The translations under genes were made by a program, and so were the position numbers. A stretch of DNA of 64,000 nucleotides from Vulcanimicrobiales bacterium (GTDB lineage Bacteria; Vulcanimicrobiota; Vulcanimicrobiia; Vulcanimicrobiales; Vulcanimicrobiaceae): assembly GCA_038231455.1 (NCBI GenBank), contig JBBRLI010000001.1, forward strand, positions 32,001-96,000. Reading direction: 5' to 3'. Each line of letters opens with the position of its first letter. The first letter of the stretch is position 1. Below are positions 49,015 through 57,216 of this stretch, piece after piece. The notes beneath the pieces were generated by a model. It was given only the letters and a program-made list of their open reading frames with translations, was not told where the DNA came from and searched no databases.

Positions 49015-49425
49015 CTAGCCGAAATAGTCTTCCATGAATTTGCCGTAGGGCGTCCCCTCGATGGGAAATCCCGCTTCCGTCACTTTTTTCTTTGCGCCAT
49101 TCAGACCCGTGCCGTCTTTCTCCGAGGTGACGATACCGGCTGCGACCGCAGCCCGCGTCGCACCCGCTCAATGAATGAGGACGGGGCCTGTTGCACGATC
49201 GACCGCTTCACGAATTTTCTCGATGTCGGCCCGGGTCACCACGTCAATCGTCCACGGCACCGACGCATAGGTGACGTCGGTTCCGGCGAGCGCATCTTTG
49301 GTGGAGTTGCCCTCTTCCGCGTCGCCGCGAATGTTCACAACAGTCGAGAACCGACCAGAGGTGAGTTCGTCCTTCGAGGGCTGGCCGCCGACCGTGATCC
49401 CGCCGACCGTAGCTTCGTTCTTCAT
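49015..49425 (-). CDS. Candidate selenoprotein: DUF442/Blh-like (rhodanese/phosphatase-like) sulfurtransferase with Sec86
   Basis: GGQP..VVNIR...EE...GPVLIH-TGA-AGATR. The frame stays open for 50 codons after the TGA to TAG 49017, giving 136 aa. A SECIS-like hairpin follows the TGA. Confidence 0.85.
49132..49167 (-). promoter_or_regulatory. Bacterial SECIS-like hairpin
   Basis: Directly 3' of the UGA: stem-loop GGCUGC-GGUC-GCAGCC with the loop 20 nt from the UGA, plus a lower stem GGUGC/GUAUC. Confidence 0.75.
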
Positions 49426-49474
49426 GGCTCGCGGGTTCGCGGGGACCGTGCGCCGCGCCCCCGTAGTACCGAGC

Positions 49475-50533
49475 ATGCCCGAACGTCACTTTGCCAGCGA
49501 TAACAACGCCGGCGTCCATCCTGCGCTCCTCGCTGCGATTGCCGAGGCGAATCACGGCCACGTCGCCGGATACGGCAGCGATCCGTATACCGAAGCGGCC
49601 GAAGCGACGCTGCGCGGCATGCTCGGCAATGATGCACGCGTGATGTTTGCCTTCAATGGCACCGGTGCGAACGTCGTCGCGCTAGCCGCGGCGCTGCGCC
49701 CGCATCAAGCGGTGATCACGCCGGTAAAATCACATCTCAACGTGGATGAGTGCGGCGCATACGAACGCTTTGCCGGCAGCAATCTCATCGTGGTCGAGGT
49801 GGAGAACGGGAAACTCACGCCGGCGGGCATCGCAGCGCACATGCACGGTATCGGCGATCCGCATCACGTGCAACCCGCGGCAATCTCCATATCGCAATCG
49901 ACAGAAGTCGGGACCGTCTACTCGGTGCAAGAACTCGCCGCGCTCGGTGAGGCCTGCCGCAAGCACGGCCTCTTCTTTCACCTGGACGGCGCGCGTCTTG
50001 CAAATGCCGCTGCCTCCCTCGGCGTCGACCTGCGGACCATGCTCGTCGACACCGGTGTAACGGCGTTCACGTTTGGCGCGACAAAAAACGGTGCGATGTT
50101 TGGCGAAGCGATCGTCTTCTTACACGACCATCCCGCGCTCGAAGTCGCGCCGTATACGCGCAAATCCGGCATGCAGCTCGCATCGAAGATGCGCTTCGTC
50201 GCCGCGCAGTTCAACGCGCTCCTGCACGACGATCTCTGGCTAAAAAATGCTGCGCATGCGAATCGCATGGCACAGCGTTTCGCCGAACACGTGCAGCACA
50301 TCGAGGGTGTGCGGCTGGCCTACCCGGTCGAAGCGAACGGTATCTTTGCGCACGTCCCCTCCGAGTCGATCCCCGAACTTCAGCGCGAACGCAACTTCTA
50401 CGTTTGGGATCACGACGCGTCGGTCGTACGCTGGATGACGGCCTTTGACACGACTGAAGAGGACGTCGATGATTTCGTAAGCGCCATCGCTCGCGTGCTC
50501 GGCCGACCGACGCCGACGCTGATCGAGCACTAA
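49475..50533 (+). CDS. ltaE: Low-specificity L-threonine aldolase (PLP-dependent)
   Basis: FASDN, NGTGAN, HLDGARLAN, GATKNG and SKMRF motifs. Confidence 0.88.
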   Translation: MPERHFASDNNAGVHPALLAAIAEANHGHVAGYGSDPYTEAAEATLRGMLGNDARVMFAFNGTGANVVALAAALRPHQAVITPVKSHLNVDECGAYERFAGSNLIVVEVENGKLTPAGIAAHMHGIGDPHHVQPAAISISQSTEVGTVYSVQELAALGEACRKHGLFFHLDGARLANAAASLGVDLRTMLVDTGVTAFTFGATKNGAMFGEAIVFLHDHPALEVAPYTRKSGMQLASKMRFVAAQFNALLHDDLWLKNAAHANRMAQRFAEHVQHIEGVRLAYPVEANGIFAHVPSESIPELQRERNFYVWDHDASVVRWMTAFDTTEEDVDDFVSAIARVLGRPTPTLIEH

Positions 50534-50549
50534 TTAACCAGTCGGAAAG

Positions 50550-51500
50550 ATGGTCGATTCGGCCAAGGCCCGCCCGGCGGTTGGTGAGAACGCCCAAGGC
50601 ATGACCTCCGGCGTACTTTCCGCTATTCTTGCCGGCCTGATGCGCCGGTACCGCGAGCGCGTCCCCGATGTTAACGCCATCGTCGCAGCGATGATCGAGG
50701 CGGGCATCGTGCCGAGCGCCGATGCAATCGAGAACGATCACATTGCCTTCCGCACGCTGGGCGTACCGAATCTCGGCATCGCTTCATTGGAACGCATTTT
50801 TCTTGCGTGCGGCTACGAACGCCGCGATGCATTTTCGTTCGCAGAAAAAAAGCTCGACGCGTTTTGGTACCATCCGCCTGCCGAGCACTTTCCACGAATC
50901 TTTATCTCCGAGTTGCGCGTCGACAAGCTCTCGGATGAAGCACGGCGGATCGTTTGGTCGTACACGAACGCGGTAACGCGCGACCCGGTCGATCGAGTCG
51001 AACTCGCGGATCCGGATGCCGTCGATGCACTCTTGCACCAGCCACTCTGGACGTTGCCGACCTTCGCCGATTACGCTCGCCTGCGCGATGAGAGCGAGTA
51101 TGCGGCGTGGACCATCTACAACCGGTATTACCTCAATCATTTTACGATCTCGGTCCACAATTTGCCCGCGCCTTGGAACGCGCTCGCCACATTCGATCGG
51201 TTTTTATTCGAGCGCGGATTTACGCTCAACGATGCCGGAGGCGTCATCAAAGAGAGTCCCGACGGTCTCCTCCTGCAGAGTTCGACCGTCGCGCAGCTCG
51301 TCGATGCGCCGTTTGCCGACGGTAACGTGCGCGCTATCCCGGGTTCGTACGTCGAATTTGCGGAGCGCCGCGTGTTGCCGGCATTCGTCTCCCTAGCGGC
51401 AAGCGACGTTCGTCGCGAACATCGGCGCGACGGTTTTGAAGTCGGCAACGCCGATCGCATTTTCGAGAGCACGGACGCAGCACAGGTCGGCCACCGGTGA
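50550..51500 (+). CDS. DUF1338 family Fe(II) enzyme (2-oxoadipate dioxygenase/decarboxylase-like)
   Basis: NDHIAFRT, PRIFISEL, ESEYAAW, NHFT, LLQSST, YVEFAER and GFE motifs. Confidence 0.85.
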   Translation: MVDSAKARPAVGENAQGMTSGVLSAILAGLMRRYRERVPDVNAIVAAMIEAGIVPSADAIENDHIAFRTLGVPNLGIASLERIFLACGYERRDAFSFAEKKLDAFWYHPPAEHFPRIFISELRVDKLSDEARRIVWSYTNAVTRDPVDRVELADPDAVDALLHQPLWTLPTFADYARLRDESEYAAWTIYNRYYLNHFTISVHNLPAPWNALATFDRFLFERGFTLNDAGGVIKESPDGLLLQSSTVAQLVDAPFADGNVRAIPGSYVEFAERRVLPAFVSLAASDVRREHRRDGFEVGNADRIFESTDAAQVGHR

Positions 51501-52189
51501 GTGCAGATGAACGCAAGCGCGAAGCGGGCTTCGCGGCGGTCGATCGCTTCGTAAGAGACGGGATGTGCGTCGGCCTTGGGACCGGCTCGACCGCGCTCTG
51601 GGCGATTCGTCGTGTCGGCGAACTCGTCGCCAATGGAGCGGGCGTAACCGCCGTACCGACATCGCAGGCGACCGCGGACCTCTGCCGCGAGCTGCAAATC
51701 CCGGTCGTCGGTTTGCTCGATGCTCCGATCGCCGTTGCGATCGACGGGGCCGACGAAGTCGCTCGCGATTATGCGCTCACGAAAGGCGGCGGCGGCGCGC
51801 TCTTTCGCGAAAAGTCCGTCGCGCTTGCTGCCGCGCGTTTCATCGTCATCGTCGATGAGAGCAAACTCGTCGAGCTTCTCGGCGCATTTCCGACACCGGT
51901 CGAAGTCGTTCCGTTTGCGGTGGGCTGGGTCGAACGTGAGATCGCGCGTCTGCATCCCGGCAAACCGATCGTACGACGGGGTGGCCCGGTACCGTTCACC
52001 ACCGACAACGGCAACGCGATTCTCGATTGCCATTTCGGTTCGATCGACGACCCCGCGACGCTCGCACAAGCGTTACGCGCGATCCATGGCGTCGTCGACA
52101 CCGGACTGTTCATCGATCTTGCCAACGAAGTCGTCGTCGCGGGTGCAGGCGGCATTCGCTTCTTACGCGAGCTGGCACCAGCGGAATAA
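51497..52189 (+). CDS. rpiA: Ribose-5-phosphate isomerase A
   Basis: GLGTGST, DGADEV, KGGGGAL.REK and TDNGN motifs. Confidence 0.95.
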   Translation: MSADERKREAGFAAVDRFVRDGMCVGLGTGSTALWAIRRVGELVANGAGVTAVPTSQATADLCRELQIPVVGLLDAPIAVAIDGADEVARDYALTKGGGGALFREKSVALAAARFIVIVDESKLVELLGAFPTPVEVVPFAVGWVEREIARLHPGKPIVRRGGPVPFTTDNGNAILDCHFGSIDDPATLAQALRAIHGVVDTGLFIDLANEVVVAGAGGIRFLRELAPAE

Positions 52190-52222
52190 AAGAAGCCGAA
52201 GTCGTCCGTGACGTCGGCTTCT
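52188..52222. terminator. Intrinsic terminator between convergent rpiA and flagellin
   Basis: AGAAGCCGA...TCGGCTTCT inverted repeat with an adjacent A-run (U tract on the minus strand). Confidence 0.7.
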
Positions 52223-52246
52223 CATGCATGGAGGTGGCGGGGGAGT

Positions 52247-53389
52247 TTAGCGGAGCAGCGAGCCGATCAGGCTTTGCTGGGCGTTGGCATTGTGCAGGAC
52301 GTAAACATCGATCTGCGCTTGGAGTTGGCTCTGCGAGAAGTTCGATGCGGCCTGGGCGTAGTTGAGATCAGCGATGTTCGATTCCGATTGCTGTAAATTC
52401 GCCGATGCAATGTTGTTATTGTTGATGCTCTCGGAGATCGAGACTTCTTGAGCTCCGACTTGCGCTTGGGCGCTCGAAAGATTTTGCAAGGCGGTGTTAA
52501 TCTGTCCTTGCGCGTTCGTCGCCGTCGCACTCGATGAAAAGTCGATGTTGATCAGTCCGAGCGAACTCGAGCTTGCATTCGGCAGCGTTAGTTGCGTCGT
52601 CGCGCCCTGGTTTGCACCGGTTTGAACGGTTGCGCCGCTACCGGTCGTTCCGGCGGTCGCGCCGGTGACTTGAATCGTCGCCGTCGTGCCGATATCGAGC
52701 GTGCTCACATTGCCGACGGTAAACGTCGTGCCATTGACCGTATTCGTCGAACCGGCGACGACGCTGCCGAGATTTGTTACAACACCGGTCGCCGTATCGG
52801 TTGAGCTGACCGACACAAGAGCCGTTCCGCCGCCACCGTCGACGACGCCGAGCGAAATCGTTTCAGCCGACGCACCGGCCGCCGCCGTCACGCCATTTGC
52901 GAGCTGGCCGCCGGTTGCAAGATCGGCGTTTGAAGTCGTCTGCGCGCTTGCGTTCGTCGCAGGCGTCGTTCCTTGGAAGCTGCCGTCGAGGAGCTGGTTG
53001 CCGTTGAACGACGTGTTTTGCGCGTTCGTGTTAATTTGTTGGACGAGTTGATTTGCTTGCGCCTGAAGTGCCGAGCGATCCGTCGGACTCAGAAAATCAT
53101 TTGCGGCCTGGATGGCAAGACTGGAGAGCTGCTGGAGCGCGCTACTCGTCGAGGACAGCGCTCCATCAGCCACGGCAGCGGCGTTGCCCGCGTCCTGTGC
53201 GTTCGCAGCCGATTGATCGAAGCTATCGACTTGCGCCTGAAGCGCTGCCGCAATTGCGGCGCCGGAAGGGTCCGATGCAGCAGACGTAATGCGTTTGCCG
53301 CTCGAGAGCTGATTTGCCTGATTGAGCAGGTTCGCTTGAATCTGCTGAAGTGAATTCGCGGCTGTCGCGGACCCGATACCGAATGACAT
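52247..53389 (-). CDS. Flagellin-family protein (divergent, orphan)
   Basis: N-terminal LSSGKRITSAASDPSG..IA and NTSFNG..LLDG; C-terminal SESNIADLNYA; GGAG SD. Confidence 0.85.
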   Translation of the reverse strand: MSFGIGSATAANSLQQIQANLLNQANQLSSGKRITSAASDPSGAAIAAALQAQVDSFDQSAANAQDAGNAAAVADGALSSTSSALQQLSSLAIQAANDFLSPTDRSALQAQANQLVQQINTNAQNTSFNGNQLLDGSFQGTTPATNASAQTTSNADLATGGQLANGVTAAAGASAETISLGVVDGGGGTALVSVSSTDTATGVVTNLGSVVAGSTNTVNGTTFTVGNVSTLDIGTTATIQVTGATAGTTGSGATVQTGANQGATTQLTLPNASSSSLGLINIDFSSSATATNAQGQINTALQNLSSAQAQVGAQEVSISESINNNNIASANLQQSESNIADLNYAQAASNFSQSQLQAQIDVYVLHNANAQQSLIGSLLR

Positions 53390-53612
53390 TCCATTTCTCC
53401 ATGAAAGAGACGCCCGGCCTATAAGGCGCGGGCTAGTGTGCTATCCCTAGCAAGAGAGTGGTCGACGAAAATAGACTCCGTCTGCAGAGCCGCTTACCCG
53501 ACCGCCGGCAGATGTGATCGACGTCCGCAGGAGACCCCGTGTTCGGTTCATCCCCATGACGAAGAGGCGCGGCGCAAGATGACTGGATCCTCTCCGGCGA
53601 ACGCAATTGGCT

Positions 53613-54614
53613 ATGAAAAATCGCGCGATTACGCTAGCCCAGCGACCGGCGGGCACACCGACTGCAACGACGTTTAAACTCGTCGAGTTCGAGACGTCCG
53701 ATCCGGGTGAGGGCCAAGTCCTCGTGCGTAATACACTCATGTCAGTCGATCCCTACATGCGCGGTCGCATGAACGATGTCAAGTCGTATGTGCCCCCGTT
53801 TAAACTCGGCGAGCCAATGGAGGGCGGCGCAGTCGGACGCGTGCTCAAGTCGAAGTCCGCCGCGATACCCGAGGGGACGCTCGTCCTCCATATGATGGGC
53901 TTCCGCGATTACGCGGTCTTGGACGCTCGCCAGGCAACCCCGATCGACGAGACACTCGCCGCGCCGAGCCACTATCTCGGCGTCCTCGGCGTCACCGGTC
54001 TCACCGCTTATGCGGGACTAACCGACATCGCCGGCCTCAAATCCGGCGAAACGCTATTCGTCTCAGCGGGCGCTGGCGCGGTCGGCAGTATCGCCGGGCA
54101 AATAGCGCGCCTGATGGGCGCACGCGCGGTCGGCAGCACGGGTACGGAAGAGAACGTTGCATTTATGCGCGATACGTTGAAATTTGACGGCGCATTCGCG
54201 GCGCGTGACGGCAAAATCTACGAGTCGCTTAAGGCCGCTGCGCCCGAAGGCATCGACGTTTACTTTGACAACGTCGGCGGCGAAACGCTCGAGGCCGCAA
54301 TCGCCGCAATGCGCCTCAACGGTCGTATCGCCGTCTGCGGTGCCATTGCGGGCTACAACGAGCCGGTTCCCGGGCCGCGGAACTTGGCCCTTATTATCGG
54401 CAAACGCATCATGATGAAAGGCTTCATCGTTATGGATCACGCGGCACGTCAGAAAGACCTCGTGAAACTCGTCGCTCCGGCACTGCGTGAGGGACGTTTG
54501 ATCGCACCGGAAACGTTCGTAGACGGTCTCGAGAATGCGCCGAGCGCGCTGATGTCGCTCTTCGAGCGCGGCGCGCATCGCGGCAAGTTGATCGTTCGCA
54601 TTACCGGCGAATGA
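53613..54614 (+). CDS. NADP-dependent oxidoreductase (CurA/prostaglandin reductase-like MDR)
   Basis: SVDPYMRGRM, GAGAVGS and GIDVYFDNVGG motifs. Confidence 0.9.
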   Translation: MKNRAITLAQRPAGTPTATTFKLVEFETSDPGEGQVLVRNTLMSVDPYMRGRMNDVKSYVPPFKLGEPMEGGAVGRVLKSKSAAIPEGTLVLHMMGFRDYAVLDARQATPIDETLAAPSHYLGVLGVTGLTAYAGLTDIAGLKSGETLFVSAGAGAVGSIAGQIARLMGARAVGSTGTEENVAFMRDTLKFDGAFAARDGKIYESLKAAAPEGIDVYFDNVGGETLEAAIAAMRLNGRIAVCGAIAGYNEPVPGPRNLALIIGKRIMMKGFIVMDHAARQKDLVKLVAPALREGRLIAPETFVDGLENAPSALMSLFERGAHRGKLIVRITGE

Positions 54615-54620
54615 GCGATG

Positions 54621-56645
54621 CTACCGCATCCAGCGATCGAACCAGCCGACGATACGCCGCGCAACATCGGCTTGGTTTGCGAGTTGGTGGAACTCGTGGC
54701 CTTCATCGGGATAGACCACGAATTGCGTTGGAACGTGCAAGTTCTTAAGCGCGTTCCAGTATTCGTAAGACTGCGTGATCGGGACTTCGGCGTCGCGATC
54801 GCCCGCGAGCATCAGCGCTGGTGCGTGGACGTTCTTGATGAAATTGATCGGCGAGCTTTTTGCGTAGACCTCGGGATCGTCGTAGACCGACTTACCGAAA
54901 AACGGGATCATCCACGTACTGATGTTGTTGGTGCCGTAGTAGCTGAGCCAGTCACTCAGGCCGGCACCGCTGACGCCGGCACGAAACCGGTTCGTTTGCG
55001 TGAGCGCCCACATCGTCATGTAGCCGCCGTAGCTCCAACCGAAGATACCGACTCGTTTGTCGTCGATCTTGACGGCCTTCTCGGCGGCATCCACACCAGC
55101 GAGTACGTCGCGCAGATCGCCGCCCCCGAAATCTTTAACATTGGCTTTGGTGAACGCTGCCCCCTGACCGTAACTTCCGCGCGGGTTGGGTTCCAAAACG
55201 AAATACCCTTGGCTTGCGAGAAACGCCGCGTAATCGAACGCGCCGCTGGGGTAGTGCGCGTAGTTTGCATATGATGGTCCACCGTGGGCGATCACGACCA
55301 TGGGGTACGAGCGGCCTTGCGTGTATCCGTCGGGATACACAAGCCAACCCTGCACGTTGAAATCGTCGCTCTTCCAACTGAGGTTTTGCGCCTTGGTCAC
55401 TACGCGCGGCGTAGCGGCGTTGCGCGTAGTGATCGCATGCCATGAACCGATCGGCCCAAGGTAGAGTTCGGGCGCCTTGGTGATCGACTGACGGATGATC
55501 CCCGAGACGTTGCCGTCGCGCGAAACGGAGACGCCGACGTCGCCCGGAAACGAGCCGTCTGGGCTATTCGCCATGATCATCTCATCAGCGCTAAATTTCT
55601 TGGCGTGCAACTTTGTGTCGACATCGACCGTCGCGACCCCCATCGATCCGCCGACGAGTTCCGTGACGAGCATGCTCGATGATGACCCGTTCCAGGCAAT
55701 TGTCGTAATCGATGCGTGAAGATCGGGGGTCACGTCGACGGCATCGCCGCCTTGCGCGGAAACGACATAGATGTCGCCGCCCGTGATCGTTTCGTCGCTC
55801 ATGATCCCGCCAATATACGCGATACGTTTGCCGTCGCCGGAATAACGCGGAGATGCCATTTGCAAATCAGGATGGTGGATTTTCTTGGTCTCGCCGGTGC
55901 GCGTCGATATCGTATAGAGATCGGCAACCCACCAATTGTCATCACCCGAACCGTGCGCGGCACTTGCCGCGAACGTCGTGCCGTCCGGCGACCAGTCATA
56001 TTCATAAACGTACATGTCTGATGCCGACACGACATGGAGCGGACCGCCCGCAAGCGTCACCGTTGCAAGCCGCTGTTCGAAGTACGTCGATCCAAGCACG
56101 CCCGAATCGCGCGCAAGTGGGTTGAGCGGGCCCGGAGACTTCGGACCGTCTTTCGTGTAGAGCACGGCAATCGACGTTCCATCGGGCGACCACTTCGGAT
56201 CGGCCAGGGGGCCGCGCGCACTCGTCGTAACGCGACGCACGCGACCGTCGACCTCGGCAACGGCAAGTTGTGCTTGTCCGCTCGCAGAGTCGGTGGTCAG
56301 AAATGCAATCTTCGTGCTATCGGGCGACCACTCAATTGAGGCATCGTCGCAGACGCCGCCGCGACAGCCGCTGATCCGCCGACCCGCTTGGGGACGCGCG
56401 ACATCCGCCAGAAACACGCCTTGCGTCGTGACATCTTTTCCGCCGCGTCGCTCGGTAACGGCCTCATCCCACGCGAATCGTTTTCCGTCGGGCGAAACAG
56501 CGATCTGTGTAAACGAGTGAACGTTGCCGAGCGCGGCGCGCACGCTAGCAAACGAGGGATGCGCTGATGCAATCGACGGCGCGAACAAGGCCATGACGAG
56601 AAAACCAGAGGAGACGGTTTGCTTCATGTGCGAGGTAATCGCCAT
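54621..56645 (-). CDS. S9 family peptidase (acylaminoacyl/dipeptidyl peptidase), secreted
   Basis: SPDG propeller repeats; HGGP, GWSYGG, D and EGH catalytic motifs; start at 56645 or 56627. Confidence 0.9.
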   Translation of the reverse strand: MAITSHMKQTVSSGFLVMALFAPSIASAHPSFASVRAALGNVHSFTQIAVSPDGKRFAWDEAVTERRGGKDVTTQGVFLADVARPQAGRRISGCRGGVCDDASIEWSPDSTKIAFLTTDSASGQAQLAVAEVDGRVRRVTTSARGPLADPKWSPDGTSIAVLYTKDGPKSPGPLNPLARDSGVLGSTYFEQRLATVTLAGGPLHVVSASDMYVYEYDWSPDGTTFAASAAHGSGDDNWWVADLYTISTRTGETKKIHHPDLQMASPRYSGDGKRIAYIGGIMSDETITGGDIYVVSAQGGDAVDVTPDLHASITTIAWNGSSSSMLVTELVGGSMGVATVDVDTKLHAKKFSADEMIMANSPDGSFPGDVGVSVSRDGNVSGIIRQSITKAPELYLGPIGSWHAITTRNAATPRVVTKAQNLSWKSDDFNVQGWLVYPDGYTQGRSYPMVVIAHGGPSYANYAHYPSGAFDYAAFLASQGYFVLEPNPRGSYGQGAAFTKANVKDFGGGDLRDVLAGVDAAEKAVKIDDKRVGIFGWSYGGYMTMWALTQTNRFRAGVSGAGLSDWLSYYGTNNISTWMIPFFGKSVYDDPEVYAKSSPINFIKNVHAPALMLAGDRDAEVPITQSYEYWNALKNLHVPTQFVVYPDEGHEFHQLANQADVARRIVGWFDRWMR

Positions 56646-56820
56646 GCACCAATGCGTCTCCCCCGCTTGCTTATCGTAAAAGAATATCGCGAGCACCGGT
56701 GCAGCTACCGCACTCTTCCTCACGGAGAGCACGGCTACGTTTATCGTGCATGAAAACTCGGGCTCGTGATACGCTTTCGGGGACAACGAGCTCCCACGCG
56801 ATCGGAGGCGACTCCCGCAG

Positions 56821-57144
56821 ATGGATACCGTATTTATTGCCCTGCTAACCGTTGGCATCGTCTTAACTCTCGGGACGTTCGCCACGAAAGTCGTTTGGAT
56901 GGCAATCGGCGGAAAGCCGACGTTGAGGACGCCCACGGGTCAATGGCTCTTCTGGATTTCACGATTTAGCGCGGCACTCGGACCTCTGGCACTACTAGCG
57001 GCGATTGCCGTCTCCGGTTCGCCGATTTGGGTCCTGTTGCTCTATATGGGGGTGGCGGGTTTCTTCATGTACCTCTCAATCAATTCGGTCATTCGCGTAC
57101 GCCAAATCAGCGAGCACTCGTTGACCGACCGCCTTTGGGGTTAA
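56821..57144 (+). CDS. Small membrane protein (about 3 TM)
   Basis: GGAGG SD; three hydrophobic stretches. Confidence 0.6.
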   Translation: MDTVFIALLTVGIVLTLGTFATKVVWMAIGGKPTLRTPTGQWLFWISRFSAALGPLALLAAIAVSGSPIWVLLLYMGVAGFFMYLSINSVIRVRQISEHSLTDRLWG

Positions 57145-57211
57145 CGTTGGTCATCATCGCCGCAATCATCAACACAAGGAAAACGATCGCGGCGATCGGG
57201 ACCAAACGTTA
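57142..57211. terminator. Long imperfect hairpin between convergent genes
   Basis: TAACGTT-GGTC..ATCGCCGC pairs with GCGGCGAT..GACC-AAACGTTA. Confidence 0.5.
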
Positions 57212-57216
57212 GCGTC

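Noticed and set aside
48947-49171. 74-aa ORF MSGCDAGCGRS as a separate gene or frameshift partner
   Set aside because: It is in a different frame. In-frame read-through of the TGA restores the x4-R active-site motif and explains the region better.
57105-57205. Small hydrophobic minus-strand ORF (MVPIAAIVFLVLM...) as a type I toxin
   Set aside because: It has no SD, overlaps the convergent gene and coincides with an intergenic hairpin; support is insufficient.
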